Source: a virus
Taxonomy: Duplodnaviria; Caudoviricetes
IMG/VR virus record: IMGVR_UViG_3300028887_000070
Location: 32,001-96,000 of that record
Length of the DNA stretch: 64,000 bases
Direction: 5' to 3' (one strand)
Shown piece by piece: positions 26,438 through 37,477 of the stretch. The position numbers and the translations under genes are program-made. The notes below the pieces were generated by a model that saw nothing but the letters and a program-made list of their open reading frames with translations, was not told the DNA's origin and searched no databases. Positions within the stretch are counted from its first letter, which is position 1, and each line of letters begins with the position of its first letter.

Positions 26438-28144
26438 CTAGAACACTGGGTCAATAGGCTTGAATGATGGATCAGGCTGTATAGTGAGACTATAGAGGTT
26501 CATAATGCACTCCTTTGTGACGTTACGAGGACTTATACCGTCCATACCTATAAGGTTGATCTTACTGTCAGCAGCCTTCTCAAGTTCAGCATTAGCTTCG
26601 AGAGTATAGATACCCTTAACGATAGCAGTATCACCATCGAAGTCCATACCCATTACATCTATATTACCGTTAGAGATAGTAAGAGTAGGAGAAAACAGAG
26701 CAGCAGTGTTTCTACCAAGGTCTTCTGTTCTGATCTTAGGCCACCATCTATAGACTTTACCATCCATCATGATAGGCTCAGTCTCATTGGTAGACTTGAT
26801 GTTTATCTTAGATGGATACTGGTTGAGGTATCTGTCTATAGGGAATCTAGTTATCAGACACATCTTATCTGCTGTCATCTCACATGCCGCAAGATAGAAG
26901 AGATCACACCAAGTCATAGGCCTTTCTATGAGAGGATAACCTGAATAGTCTTTTTGATCCATGATATGCTCTGATGGTACTTTTCTTCCTTTGAAGAAGA
27001 TACACATCTTGTTGACATCGAGATCGAGCTTCTTCTCTTTTATAGTCTTTGTGAGTTCTGTTTTGTCTATAGGAATAGGTATAGGCTGGAAACGATTAGA
27101 ATAACCATGAACGAATCTCTCTATCTGTTTCACTATCTCTGTATCAGAGAACATGATCTGATAGTCTTCTATAGGAATAGCAGTCTCTACACCTTTCTTA
27201 TCCACTACAGGATACATAGTCTTACCACCGAACTCGTTCTCGAAGAAACGACGACAATAGTAGATGATGAATGGCTGGAAGAGTACTATAGCTGCCTCAA
27301 GAGGACATGCAGCATGATCCATATCGACCATGAGATCTTCAATGTTCTCCACCTTCAGGTTAGCAGCAGACATAACAAGACGTACACTATAGTCTACTGT
27401 CTTGTACATTACACCCTTCTTTACGATACCCATCTTTCCAGGAAGGTTACCGCTAGTCTCTTCACCATTGATTACAGTTCCAGCACCAAACCAATCGTAG
27501 ATCTGTTTTAGTGTAGCCTGTATTCTTCCCTTTGTAGCGTCTGCAAGACTTAGTCCATACTCAGCGGTCTCTTTAAGAGCCTTTGTAGCAATGATGAGAG
27601 AGCTATAGAGTTTGTTGATCTCTCCTACACCTATACTAGCTTGCTTAGTATCAACGTCTCTATAGTATGGTGGGATTACAGGACACTTCTTAACCCACAT
27701 CTGTCCCTTTACCTTCTCAAGGAACTTGATCTTGGTAGCACGATCTTTAGAACTAGACTCTTTAGCAGACCAATCTATCTTATCATAGTTTGCTTTGAAC
27801 CAGTTTAGGCCAGTAGAGCCATTAGGATCTTTAACAAGTTGTCCCTTAGCATCGATAGAGAAGTTCTCTGAGCCATGTACTATAGCTTCTACTTTCTTAT
27901 CAAGAGTACAGAGTGTTTTATAGACTAGAGGATTGAGGAACCATCCACCAAGATCTATGTATGCATAGATACCAGCTCTCTCAGCTTTAGTGATTCCGAA
28001 GATCTCGTTAGACAGAAGTCCATCTGGTGCTGGTGTTGGACCGTTAAAGAAGACAGGGTTGGTGATCTCTTTACAGTCGTTAACTTTGACGAAACGCTCT
28101 ACATCAAGTATACTTATATCGAAATGATTAGTTGACGAACTCAT
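26438..28144 (-). CDS. rpoC: Multisubunit RNA polymerase beta' N-terminal subunit (probably virion RNAP)
   Basis: PDGLLSNEIFG, PVIPPYYRD, GKMG...KTVDYSVRLV, ITRFPI and catalytic MDFDGD; late promoter 28170-28181. Confidence 0.9.
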   Translation of the reverse strand: MSSSTNHFDISILDVERFVKVNDCKEITNPVFFNGPTPAPDGLLSNEIFGITKAERAGIYAYIDLGGWFLNPLVYKTLCTLDKKVEAIVHGSENFSIDAKGQLVKDPNGSTGLNWFKANYDKIDWSAKESSSKDRATKIKFLEKVKGQMWVKKCPVIPPYYRDVDTKQASIGVGEINKLYSSLIIATKALKETAEYGLSLADATKGRIQATLKQIYDWFGAGTVINGEETSGNLPGKMGIVKKGVMYKTVDYSVRLVMSAANLKVENIEDLMVDMDHAACPLEAAIVLFQPFIIYYCRRFFENEFGGKTMYPVVDKKGVETAIPIEDYQIMFSDTEIVKQIERFVHGYSNRFQPIPIPIDKTELTKTIKEKKLDLDVNKMCIFFKGRKVPSEHIMDQKDYSGYPLIERPMTWCDLFYLAACEMTADKMCLITRFPIDRYLNQYPSKINIKSTNETEPIMMDGKVYRWWPKIRTEDLGRNTAALFSPTLTISNGNIDVMGMDFDGDTAIVKGIYTLEANAELEKAADSKINLIGMDGISPRNVTKECIMNLYSLTIQPDPSFKPIDPVF

Positions 28145-28294
28145 CGTAGTACCTCCTTATAAGTTTGATTATAGAATGGTTCACGCTTTAGAATCAGGTT
28201 CAAACGCAGGGTGGACTATATATTATAAAGGTGTACAAGAGAGTTGGTGATTCGATACTCTTGAGTACTATACTATACTAAGGAGGATCACATT

Positions 28295-28543
28295 ATGATC
28301 AATAGTTACAATCCACAGGCAGCACCAGCTCTGCCAACAAGAGAGGCTCAGATGACAGGACAGCCTATTAGCCTCGAGAGTCTGATGAATGAGTTCACAT
28401 TCATCACGACGAGCATCAATAATGGTACTCTGTCTGCTAGCGATCCTGAAGTTCAGATAAGAATTACAGAGCTGCAGAGTAAAATCACAGAGCTGCAGGG
28501 TGTATATCACTATGCAGCTGGAATGGGCATGATCCAGCGCTAG
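28295..28543 (+). CDS. Small early hypothetical protein
   Basis: AAGGAGG RBS, early promoter 28217-28226, terminator ~28563-28599; ITELQ repeated. Confidence 0.75.
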   Translation: MINSYNPQAAPALPTREAQMTGQPISLESLMNEFTFITTSINNGTLSASDPEVQIRITELQSKITELQGVYHYAAGMGMIQR

Positions 28544-28644
28544 ATCGTGCCCAGCCTCCTTGTAATCGGTCTGCAGCCCCAGCAGGCCGATTATTTTTTG
28601 TCTTGGAACATCACTATAATTATACAACCCTGAAAGGAGGACTC

Positions 28645-30078
28645 ATGATGGGTAGACACTATAGATGTATATACTGCTCTAAGTCTCTTGATAGAGACAA
28701 GCTTGTAACCCATATGGAGAAGGAACACTCTGATATGCTTAATCCCGATAAGGGATTCACTGCTAATCATGTAGTGTTCGATATATGTAACAACAAACAG
28801 CCTGTAGGAGATGCTCGTGGAGTTTGTAGAATCTGTAAGGCTCCTACTATGTGGAACGAGAAGATCGTTCGCTATGATGCTTTCTGTTCAGATCGCTGTA
28901 AAGCTGTAGCTAGACAGAATGCTGTAAAGAACATGATGAAAGTCTACAACAAGCCTACTCTTCTCAATGACATGGATCATCAAGAGAAGATGCTCGCTAA
29001 TAGATCAATCTCTGGTAAGTATAGATGGTCTGACGGAACATACAAAACTTACGTAGGAAACTATGAGAAGAAGTTCCTTGAGTTCTGTGATGAAGTTCTT
29101 GGCTTAGATTCCTCAGACCTCGTAACACCTGGTCCTACTTTAAAATATGAACATAATGGTGAAGAACACGTCTGGATCACTGACGCTCTTTATCTCCCCT
29201 ATAACCTTGTATTTGACATCAAGGATGGTGGAGACAACAAGAACACCAGAGAGATGCCAGAGTACCGATCTAAACAGATTGCTAAGGAAAAGATGATTAC
29301 TGATCAAGGCGAGTATAGTTATATTAGACTTACTAATAACGAGTTCGTTCAGCTACTCGGTATATTCGCTGAGCTTAAAAAGATCAGCATGGAACCAGAC
29401 CCACATACTATCTCTAGGATCCATGAAAGCCTGATTGGAGGGGCACTTCCCCCTGCAGGTGCTACGGATGTTAATCCACACCCTTACCTGTTGAACTATC
29501 ATACCTTTGCAGGTGGTGATGAGGGCTATGCTCTCTGCAACGATATAGCTTCAGATTGTTGTCTGACAGTGGATGATAACGGTAAGATTAAGAAGAAGAA
29601 CACCAAGAAGCTCCTAGCTCAGAAGGAATGTATTATATACAAGTACAAGGGCACTAACGGAGAGCGAATCATAAGAGAAGCTTACTCTAAGTATAAGTCT
29701 CAGAAGACTGTAAGAGTAGACTACTTCGCTAGGTTGGTATCTGAGATGTCTGACATACTAACGCCAGACCAACTCGACTACTCCCCAGTCCTTGAACAAG
29801 TTTCTATATCTTCACTCGGAGAGAAGTTCACATCTCTTTGTGTTACCATAGAAACTGCAGTAGATGAACTAGTTGGTAACAGAACTCTCTCTGTACCAGT
29901 AGTAGATCCATACAAGATGGAACAGTGTCGACACATCTTGAGGAATCATAAGAACCTCACCGTGAAAGAATGTGTCGATGGTGGATACTATGTGGAGAAC
30001 ACTATAACAAAAACTAGGTCTAGACTCATAGACTCTATAGAGGAGATTGATAAATCCCTCCTAGATTCAGTGAGCTGA
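28645..30078 (+). CDS. Zinc-finger + TnsA/T4 gp4-like PD-(D/E)xK nuclease protein
   Basis: CIYC...H...H, CRIC...FCS.RC; YVG.YE..FLEF...WITD...DIKD; late promoter 28607-28618. Confidence 0.65.
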   Translation: MMGRHYRCIYCSKSLDRDKLVTHMEKEHSDMLNPDKGFTANHVVFDICNNKQPVGDARGVCRICKAPTMWNEKIVRYDAFCSDRCKAVARQNAVKNMMKVYNKPTLLNDMDHQEKMLANRSISGKYRWSDGTYKTYVGNYEKKFLEFCDEVLGLDSSDLVTPGPTLKYEHNGEEHVWITDALYLPYNLVFDIKDGGDNKNTREMPEYRSKQIAKEKMITDQGEYSYIRLTNNEFVQLLGIFAELKKISMEPDPHTISRIHESLIGGALPPAGATDVNPHPYLLNYHTFAGGDEGYALCNDIASDCCLTVDDNGKIKKKNTKKLLAQKECIIYKYKGTNGERIIREAYSKYKSQKTVRVDYFARLVSEMSDILTPDQLDYSPVLEQVSISSLGEKFTSLCVTIETAVDELVGNRTLSVPVVDPYKMEQCRHILRNHKNLTVKECVDGGYYVENTITKTRSRLIDSIEEIDKSLLDSVS

Positions 30079-30117
30079 ACATATAAGTAAACTATACAAC
30101 CCAAAGGAGGTTACATT

Positions 30118-30585
30118 ATGAACTTAAGCACAATGATTCTTCAGGAAGCTTCTAAGGCAGATCAGAAGATTCTTGATGATATCGAGAGAGATCAGATAGC
30201 ACAGGACTACCAGGACACTCTGGCTGGTCTGGCTACAGTAGGAAGCATATCTTTCCCTGCATCACAGGTTCCGATCATAAAGGATGAGTGTGGTGAATGT
30301 GGAGAGTGCGGTGAATGTAACGAGAGCTACATGGTGGAGTATGACATGCTCTATAAGTTCATGGAAGCTAACGACATCGATGAAGAGCACGAAGCTCATG
30401 AGAAACTCTGTGAGGAGTACTCACTTGAACAGGCTCAGCTTGTAGTAGTTGCAGAGTGCGACGAAGTAAACAAGGGCCTTCTTAACAATGCACTTAAGAC
30501 TGGAGAACTCGGCGTAGCAAGGCGTTACTGCTCAGGTCTCTGCAATCTTCTCAACCACGGAATCCGTGTAATGAAGAAGGGTTAA
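30118..30585 (+). CDS. Acidic late protein with ECG repeats (possible head-internal protein)
   Basis: Late promoter 30078-30089, AAAGGAGG RBS; DECGECGECGECNES. Confidence 0.7.
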   Translation: MNLSTMILQEASKADQKILDDIERDQIAQDYQDTLAGLATVGSISFPASQVPIIKDECGECGECGECNESYMVEYDMLYKFMEANDIDEEHEAHEKLCEEYSLEQAQLVVVAECDEVNKGLLNNALKTGELGVARRYCSGLCNLLNHGIRVMKKG

Positions 30586-30666
30586 TTATTACACTAACGG
30601 CGACATCATAGTAGGGACCAAGGGTGGTTGCCCTTGGTCCAATACTACCGCTAAGGAGGATTCACT

Positions 30667-31392
30667 ATGAATAATAACCCTTTTGAGAATCTTAAGATTC
30701 CAGAGTTGCACAAGAACAAGATAGAGTGTATCGATAAGGATAAGATACCACAAGAGAAGATACCAGCCATCACTAAGGAGAAACAAGTAGAGTGGGCTAA
30801 GGATCTCATACTTAGAGTAATAGATGCTACAGTCTTCTTCACTGATGAAAGCGAATATGAACAGATGAAACTAAGAAAAGCAGCTATCGACAAAATGTCA
30901 GATGACGATATACTCGAAATGGCTGAGAAGATTGGAGATGCTATACATAAGCTCAATGAGTCTAAACGTAAAGAAGGAGATGTATCCTTTGGTATGGCTG
31001 CTACTCTTAGCAAAACTAGTAAGGGAGAGAATGGAGAGTTAGTGGTTGAATCGCTAACTCCGAAGAGCTTTAATCTTATAGCACAGCCTCTTGATTCAGT
31101 GATAAAGGAGAGACTCTGTGGAGAGCTTGGTATAGGAGAAATACCAGACGACATCGCTGTTCAGGTACGTTTATGTAAGACATGGCTTGAGAGTAAAAGC
31201 TTCTTTGAAAAACCGACCAATGAAATGACTGACTGGGAAGTGCTTATGCTTACCACATGCAGTCTAACTAGTCCAGACGATGCTGCTGAGGCTTACCATA
31301 ACCTCATTACTAGTAAGGATGTAGAGGAAGCTTCTAAGGATTATGAGACTACTTCTGATAACTTCAATACTGTATTAGGTAAACAGGAATGA
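30667..31392 (+). CDS. Hypothetical protein
   Basis: AAGGAGG RBS; GACA-N6-TA site at 30602-30613 with a 5' hairpin. Confidence 0.75.
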   Translation: MNNNPFENLKIPELHKNKIECIDKDKIPQEKIPAITKEKQVEWAKDLILRVIDATVFFTDESEYEQMKLRKAAIDKMSDDDILEMAEKIGDAIHKLNESKRKEGDVSFGMAATLSKTSKGENGELVVESLTPKSFNLIAQPLDSVIKERLCGELGIGEIPDDIAVQVRLCKTWLESKSFFEKPTNEMTDWEVLMLTTCSLTSPDDAAEAYHNLITSKDVEEASKDYETTSDNFNTVLGKQE

Positions 31393-31395
31393 CAT

Positions 31396-31405
31396 TATAT
31401 ATTAT
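31396..31405 (+). promoter_or_regulatory. Representative early promoter TATATATTAT (also + 28217, 44153; - 26376)
   Basis: The exact 10-mer recurs upstream of non-structural genes and resembles the AR9 early consensus. Confidence 0.7.
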
Positions 31406-31463
31406 AGAGATGAGTCCCAAGGATATGTCCTTGGGGCATCTCTAATGAAAGGAGGAACAAGGC

Positions 31464-32300
31464 ATGATTTCATATGCCGATGAAGGGAGTAATCATCCCA
31501 AACACGACGTCGTGTGTATCTTTACTGATGGCGGTATACACGACGGACAATCATCAGCGTCATCAGTAATAGGCTTGCTCAGAAATGATGGAGAGAACGA
31601 GCCTTATCTGGATAAGATAGAGATCTTTTCCAAATACCATAGCAACTCTACGAACAACATAGCGGAGTTGTCAGCTATTCTCTTTGGTATAGAGAAGGCA
31701 TTTGAAAGGTACAAGAGTTCTGAAGATCATACTTACGCCTATCTGATCTTCTCCGACTCAGAGTACGCAATCCATACTCTCACAGAGTGGGTCTTTGGTT
31801 GGTATAAGACTTACACTTGTGAGAAGAGAAATGGAATCGTAGTTCCTTACATGCTCACTAAGTGCGGCACTCCAGTAAAGAACTGCGAAATTATCAGCGC
31901 TATCATCGGTATGATAGTGCATCATGATGAATGGTTCACACTACTTCAATTCGTCAATGTGAAGGGCCACACCTGGAAGAAGGGCGGCATCGAAGAGCAG
32001 ATGACTTACTACAAGAAAGCGAACCAGACAGACATTACAAGAAAAGAAGCTGTCTTTGTAACGAAGTATAATCACATTGTCGACAGAGTAGCTTCCAACG
32101 TATGTGATTGGGTCCAGAATGAGGGGTTCGATATCAACTTCAATGACAATGGAGACCCATGCATGCAATTCACAGTAAAGGGACTTAACTTCAAAGTTTA
32201 TGATTCAGCGGGCGATGGAGTTAGGTATTCCGACTATATGATCCTCAGTAGCGCGATCATGAGGCGCTATAGAGAGATTCTAAATCAAACACCGTTCTGA
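31464..32300 (+). CDS. rnhA: Ribonuclease HI
   Basis: IFTDGG, TNNIAELSAI, FSDSEY, VKN, VKGH, NHIVD; early promoter 31396-31405. Confidence 0.92.
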   Translation: MISYADEGSNHPKHDVVCIFTDGGIHDGQSSASSVIGLLRNDGENEPYLDKIEIFSKYHSNSTNNIAELSAILFGIEKAFERYKSSEDHTYAYLIFSDSEYAIHTLTEWVFGWYKTYTCEKRNGIVVPYMLTKCGTPVKNCEIISAIIGMIVHHDEWFTLLQFVNVKGHTWKKGGIEEQMTYYKKANQTDITRKEAVFVTKYNHIVDRVASNVCDWVQNEGFDINFNDNGDPCMQFTVKGLNFKVYDSAGDGVRYSDYMILSSAIMRRYREILNQTPF

Positions 32301-32317
32301 TGAAAGGAGAAAGAACG

Positions 32318-32848
32318 ATGAGGTTATACGAAAGAATCGCAAACGCAACTGCTAGACTCTCTATCGAATCTTATAACATAGTGAGCGTAATAGATCTTTT
32401 CAATGTTAGGGCGAACTATTCTGCATTCTACCATTACAATCTTGATAACTGCCTTATGGTAAATTATACAGAGTGCTTTGACATACATTACTGTTTCGTA
32501 TGCGATAACGGCTTTGTTGTTGAATATGAAGAAGAAAGATATAATATAAATCCCTATGACACCTATAATATCTATAACATAATGGTTCTCTATGGTGTTA
32601 TGGGCTATAAGCAAAACGATATAGCTAAAGCACTGAACACTTCTGTGTCTACTATAGGAAATAGGATAAAGATAATCAAGCAGATATTAGAGGTATCCGA
32701 TATAAAAGATTTAGATCCAGAAGATGCTGTCAAGATCAAATATGACCGTACCCACTTACGGTTATCTGATCTAAGCAACAGATTACAAGCAATCATCGAC
32801 AAGTATGAAAGGAGAAAGAACGATGGCAAGAATGAGTATAATGACTAA
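32318..32848 (+). CDS. Sigma-region-4-like HTH protein (paralog 1)
   Basis: GYKQNDIAKALNTSVSTIGNRI. Confidence 0.75.
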   Translation: MRLYERIANATARLSIESYNIVSVIDLFNVRANYSAFYHYNLDNCLMVNYTECFDIHYCFVCDNGFVVEYEEERYNINPYDTYNIYNIMVLYGVMGYKQNDIAKALNTSVSTIGNRIKIIKQILEVSDIKDLDPEDAVKIKYDRTHLRLSDLSNRLQAIIDKYERRKNDGKNEYND

Positions 32849-33251
32849 AGCAAACAAGGCAGCTAAGAGACTTGGTATCCGTCCTAGTCAGATTACACAC
32901 GTACATGATCTCTCAGAAGTCTCCTCAGAAGGAGCTAAGGGAATCATGATTGTATTCCAGGTAGCAGATGAGAAGTATGCTGCCATCGTGAGCGACAACG
33001 GACACATAAAGAAGTGGATCGTTGGCGAGAGACACGACAAGGTAGTTAACATGTCTACTAAGTCAAAGAAGACTATGAGACTCAACAACAACCAGTACAT
33101 CATATTCCTTCTGTATGCATACGGTTTCACACAGAGGGCAATAGCACATCTGATGGGTTGCAGCATAGAGCCCGTCAATAGAAGAATAGCAAACATTCGC
33201 CTTATGCTGGAGACTGCTAGTGTAGGCGACGAACTTGAAGAGGAGGACTAA
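32823..33251 (+). CDS. Sigma-region-4/LuxR-like HTH protein (paralog 2)
   Basis: LNNNQYIIFLLYAYGFTQRAIAHLMGCSIEPVNRRI. Confidence 0.75.
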   Translation: MARMSIMTKANKAAKRLGIRPSQITHVHDLSEVSSEGAKGIMIVFQVADEKYAAIVSDNGHIKKWIVGERHDKVVNMSTKSKKTMRLNNNQYIIFLLYAYGFTQRAIAHLMGCSIEPVNRRIANIRLMLETASVGDELEEED

Positions 33252-33253
33252 TT

Positions 33254-35062
33254 ATGAACAATCCACGTTTAACAATACCGTCACCTTGGATGACGGCAGA
33301 ACAACAGCACAAACCTTTAAAGACAACATTCGAGATCGATGGATACTCAGATCTAAGCACTATGCATACAGTCATTACTGTGAAGTCAGAAGGCTGTAAA
33401 GACATAACGCTGCATCTTGAAAGAGGTGGTAGAATCCCTGTCGATGACCCTAAAGATGGTTTCATAAGTTACTTCTTCAATGTACCAACACCAGGAGAGC
33501 CATCAAGTCGACTGGCATACATCAGAAAGTATAACAGTACAGATATCTCTTTGATGAATAAGTTCACGTTGTTCTTCACTAAGAACGAGTTTGAAAATGT
33601 CTTCGAAGAGCATGAACACTGCAATCTAACTAGAGGTAGAACTCTAACCAAACAGGACTACTGCTTCAATAGACCTATAGATCGTAGTATGTACGAAACA
33701 GGAGAAGCAGGAGAGTACAGAACACCTGAGGGTTATACAGGTGTATCATATCATAAGCGTAGTAAGGGTAATACTAATAAGTATGTCTCTGAATCTGTAA
33801 CTACACTTCCTTCAGTATATGCATCATACTACGAAAATGGAGATATCGGCAAGATCAGTGCTAACTTGGATGACATACACATAGATGTACATTACAATCG
33901 TGAAGGCAATATATGGGCTGTAGACTTCGGTGGTAATAGGGTATCATTAGACATAGACAAATTTATGTATAACATATCTACTACCATGGTAAAGTACTAT
34001 AGCGATCCAATCGGTAATCGCTTTTCATACACTAACATTGAACGATCTGTCAACAGTGATGTATGCACGAATGGTGTCATTGGATTTGTAAAAGAAGATG
34101 GATTCACTTCGTGCAATCCATTTGCTTCAAAGGATGAAGAGTTCATTGTAAACAAGATCTATGAAAGGGCAATGAATGAATTCATTCCAGAGGAGATCAA
34201 GAATCATGTCTTCAATAAGCGATCTCTCTTCTCTGTCAGAAAGATATCAACGCTGAACAATTCTTGTAGCTACTATCAGATTACGTATACCGATGACAAT
34301 GAAGTGAAGTACAATTCATTCTACAATAAATGTGCTATGCCGATCTATATAGCGTACTCATACACACAAGCTGATGGTAAGTATATTGAAGTGAAGAACT
34401 GTTATGATACGTTTATACCAGTATGGGCTAAAGAGGTCGTATATGAAACAATGACAGAGACTAGTCCTGATAAGTCGAACGTCAAGATCACAAACAGAAT
34501 AGGCAATACTACTGTCACGAAAGAGATCATCTATCTTGATCATGATAACAGAAACAAAACGTTATTCAAGGTCAATATAGAATCAATGATAAACAAGTAC
34601 CATGATATAGCTAAGTTCTTAAGCGATGTCATAGAAGGTGAAATCGATTTCAATGAGTATCTTGACGCTGTTGATGCTTACATAGATACCGAGAACGAGA
34701 GCAGGATAACTGTTCCAGTTCCAGAGTCTATCTATACATTCTTCAATAGTCTTATAGAAACAACAATGGATCATTCAACAATGGTTATACCTGTTACAAG
34801 TTTACCATACGGGAAGTTCAACTTTACCTACTTCAGAATGAACGACATCATAGACAACTTGATGGATCCTTGTAAGATTGATAGCTGGGTTCGTCAAAGT
34901 GGATCGTATTTCTATGAAGACGAAAGACTCAGACGTTACTTACAGCTCTTCAATAATATCGATTTCAACTCATTCATACTTCCTAAAGAAGAGGCTAAAG
35001 CATTGATTGAACGTGTAGATAAGCTGTTCCCAGAAGAAGACGGTGAAGGAGATGACTTTTGA
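33254..35062 (+). CDS. Large hypothetical protein (paralog A)
   Basis: 602 aa; shares blocks with 35738-37477. Confidence 0.75.
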   Translation: MNNPRLTIPSPWMTAEQQHKPLKTTFEIDGYSDLSTMHTVITVKSEGCKDITLHLERGGRIPVDDPKDGFISYFFNVPTPGEPSSRLAYIRKYNSTDISLMNKFTLFFTKNEFENVFEEHEHCNLTRGRTLTKQDYCFNRPIDRSMYETGEAGEYRTPEGYTGVSYHKRSKGNTNKYVSESVTTLPSVYASYYENGDIGKISANLDDIHIDVHYNREGNIWAVDFGGNRVSLDIDKFMYNISTTMVKYYSDPIGNRFSYTNIERSVNSDVCTNGVIGFVKEDGFTSCNPFASKDEEFIVNKIYERAMNEFIPEEIKNHVFNKRSLFSVRKISTLNNSCSYYQITYTDDNEVKYNSFYNKCAMPIYIAYSYTQADGKYIEVKNCYDTFIPVWAKEVVYETMTETSPDKSNVKITNRIGNTTVTKEIIYLDHDNRNKTLFKVNIESMINKYHDIAKFLSDVIEGEIDFNEYLDAVDAYIDTENESRITVPVPESIYTFFNSLIETTMDHSTMVIPVTSLPYGKFNFTYFRMNDIIDNLMDPCKIDSWVRQSGSYFYEDERLRRYLQLFNNIDFNSFILPKEEAKALIERVDKLFPEEDGEGDDF

Positions 35063-35427
35063 TGGAAACTTTGATTGAGCGTACTAATGAGGCTCTTAAG
35101 TTCATGAAGATAGGTCACAACGATCTCATTAGAACTCAGAACCTTTATAGAAACATTCCTGGCAACAATGGACCTACACTTGTAGGTACAATTCTTGAGT
35201 ACTATAATAAAGACGGCGTGAGAACTTACGCCGTCTACACCCTTACGGGATGGGCAAAGGAATGGCCCATAGACAAAGGCGACATTCTTGATATGATCTG
35301 GTCGATGGAATACAATGACTTCTCATATGAAGAGATCGCTCAGATACTCAATATAACTAAAGAGTCTGCTGAGATGAAGCATAGAGAAGCATGCGAACGT
35401 AAACTTGGAGGGGACTACGATGGCTGA
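35062..35427 (+). CDS. Sigma-region-4-like HTH protein (paralog 3)
   Basis: DFSYEEIAQILNITKESAEMKHREA. Confidence 0.75.
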   Translation: METLIERTNEALKFMKIGHNDLIRTQNLYRNIPGNNGPTLVGTILEYYNKDGVRTYAVYTLTGWAKEWPIDKGDILDMIWSMEYNDFSYEEIAQILNITKESAEMKHREACERKLGGDYDG

Positions 35428-35722
35428 TATATTTGGACGTGGTCTTGCTGCTTGCACGGTGATGGATATCGACCCCGACACAGTTATCAGCGTAAGGTCC
35501 ATCACTCTCGAAAAGCATCACAAAGTTAAAGATGTAGGTATATCGGTAGAAACTGATGACTACATAGGAGTTCTCATTGGAGACTTCGACAAATGTTATA
35601 AGAAGAGCACGGATTTAACAGTTATGAGAGAGATGCTCAAAGATGGTCTCAAGAAGACATACATCTCTCAGATTCTTGGTATAAGTCTGAACATAATAAA
35701 CGCGTTCAAGACTTCAATATAA
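35420..35722 (+). CDS. HTH protein (paralog 4)
   Basis: EMLKDGLKKTYISQILGISLNII. Confidence 0.7.
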   Translation: MADIFGRGLAACTVMDIDPDTVISVRSITLEKHHKVKDVGISVETDDYIGVLIGDFDKCYKKSTDLTVMREMLKDGLKKTYISQILGISLNIINAFKTSI

Positions 35723-35737
35723 ACGGAGGTAATTACA

Positions 35738-37477
35738 ATGATCGAAATTAAGATAGAAGGACGCACAGACGGAACAACAGCTAATGCTACCATCGCTGTT
35801 GACTTAGATCCTAACATGAAGGAGTATCATGAAAGCTACAACTTCGAATTCAGCATAGACTCACTTGACCCTAACAGATCGACATTCTGGTATAAGTGTG
35901 AGCCGCTCTTTAATATCAGACATTCAACGTCAACATCTCCTCTTTCCAAAACAGAGGAACTTAACCTCTATGATAGAAACCATGAAGGAAAGACTACAAG
36001 ACTTGTTGAAACAAGAATGTCTGGTACAACAATTCTTCCCGACAACCACAGCAAGTTCTCTAAGAAGTTAAAAAATCCCAATAGAATCAAAGGATATAAG
36101 ATAAAGAGAAACTGTTACACAGAATCTCCTTTTAGTAATGGTAAGCGCTTTAAGTGCATTCTTACCAATGACAACAATCCTTTCCTCAAAGATGTAGAGT
36201 TCAAACTGCTCCCCGAGATATCATCAGAAGTGGTACCTTCGAGATACGAAGATGTCAATCGTCAGTTAATCTCTGTTGATCGCAGTATCATCGCAGAGGT
36301 TGAAAACCACGAGATTATTGGTTTAAAGTTCCTTAAGCTCGGTAAGAATATAGAAGTTTCTCATTCTGGTGACGATGCTTTTGGTTCTACTATCGTCAAA
36401 AAGAATGGAAAGATTGAAGCTATTCATCATAGCAAACAGATTGGCTATATAACAACTAATGAAAATGGTAGTGCTTCTTATAAGACATTAGCAGACGGCA
36501 ATGATGAGTATGAGTTTGCTATTAGCGGAAAGGCTATGAAGCTTACATGGAGTATAATGAAACATGATGAAGAGATGAAGAACGCTATAGAGAGAGCTGT
36601 AAACATTGCATGTTATGATGTAAATATCTATTACATAAAAGGTGATCAGAATGGTATGCCTGCTAAAGAATACTTCTACCTGACAAATCACAGCTCAATA
36701 TGGGCACTTTATAGAGCTGAAATGAGATTCGATAAGGAACTGAACGATTATGTCGCTCAGCCCATCAAGATAGCATATGAGAATCTCAAAGAATGTGGTG
36801 CTGATCACTACAGCTATAAGTGTACATACTACAATCGCTGCAGTGAACATGCTTACTCAAAGTGTATTGAAGATGACCCTGAATACTCTAGATACACTAT
36901 CGAAACAGAAGACTTTAAGGTGTACTGTAGAGTAGACAATCCTTGTCTCGATGGTGATAGAAAGTATATAGTAAAGATCACAAGACACACTGGCGGTAGC
37001 GGATACCTCTCATCAATAATCAAGAGATTTGACTCTATACATACTCATGGTTCTAATAACTATATCAAAGCCATTGAGTCTCTTATAGCTCATAATCATC
37101 CTGGAGAGAGTGAGCCTTTGGGGATATTCAGATACCTTAAGATGATAGAAGATATCTGCAAGAATCCGCATGATGCTATGAGACACTCTTGGTCATCTAC
37201 ATTCGTCGATACAGCTAACACACTCAGTATTGTAGACATCGATCTTCTTCTCAATCCTGGTGATACGATAAGCTGGGCAAAGCTTATACTTTGGGTTGAA
37301 GAAAGATATAAGTCTGATCCTACTTGTGAAGAGTTACTTCTTCTCGATAGAATCGTTTGGGAAGATTTCATGCTTCCTTCAAGTATGGAGTATGATAAAG
37401 TATCCAAGGTAGACGTAGACGAACACGAGATCCCTACAGCTTCCAATGCTTGTGAAGCAATGTATATGGATAACTAA
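35738..37477 (+). CDS. Large hypothetical protein (paralog B)
   Basis: 579 aa; GGAGG RBS; terminator ~37490-37535. Confidence 0.75.
   Translation: MIEIKIEGRTDGTTANATIAVDLDPNMKEYHESYNFEFSIDSLDPNRSTFWYKCEPLFNIRHSTSTSPLSKTEELNLYDRNHEGKTTRLVETRMSGTTILPDNHSKFSKKLKNPNRIKGYKIKRNCYTESPFSNGKRFKCILTNDNNPFLKDVEFKLLPEISSEVVPSRYEDVNRQLISVDRSIIAEVENHEIIGLKFLKLGKNIEVSHSGDDAFGSTIVKKNGKIEAIHHSKQIGYITTNENGSASYKTLADGNDEYEFAISGKAMKLTWSIMKHDEEMKNAIERAVNIACYDVNIYYIKGDQNGMPAKEYFYLTNHSSIWALYRAEMRFDKELNDYVAQPIKIAYENLKECGADHYSYKCTYYNRCSEHAYSKCIEDDPEYSRYTIETEDFKVYCRVDNPCLDGDRKYIVKITRHTGGSGYLSSIIKRFDSIHTHGSNNYIKAIESLIAHNHPGESEPLGIFRYLKMIEDICKNPHDAMRHSWSSTFVDTANTLSIVDIDLLLNPGDTISWAKLILWVEERYKSDPTCEELLLLDRIVWEDFMLPSSMEYDKVSKVDVDEHEIPTASNACEAMYMDN

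Noticed and set aside
28645-30078. Tn7-like transposon suggested by the TnsA-like nuclease
   Set aside because: No TnsB/TnsC or terminal repeats; the gene has a late phage promoter and fits a resident phage nuclease.
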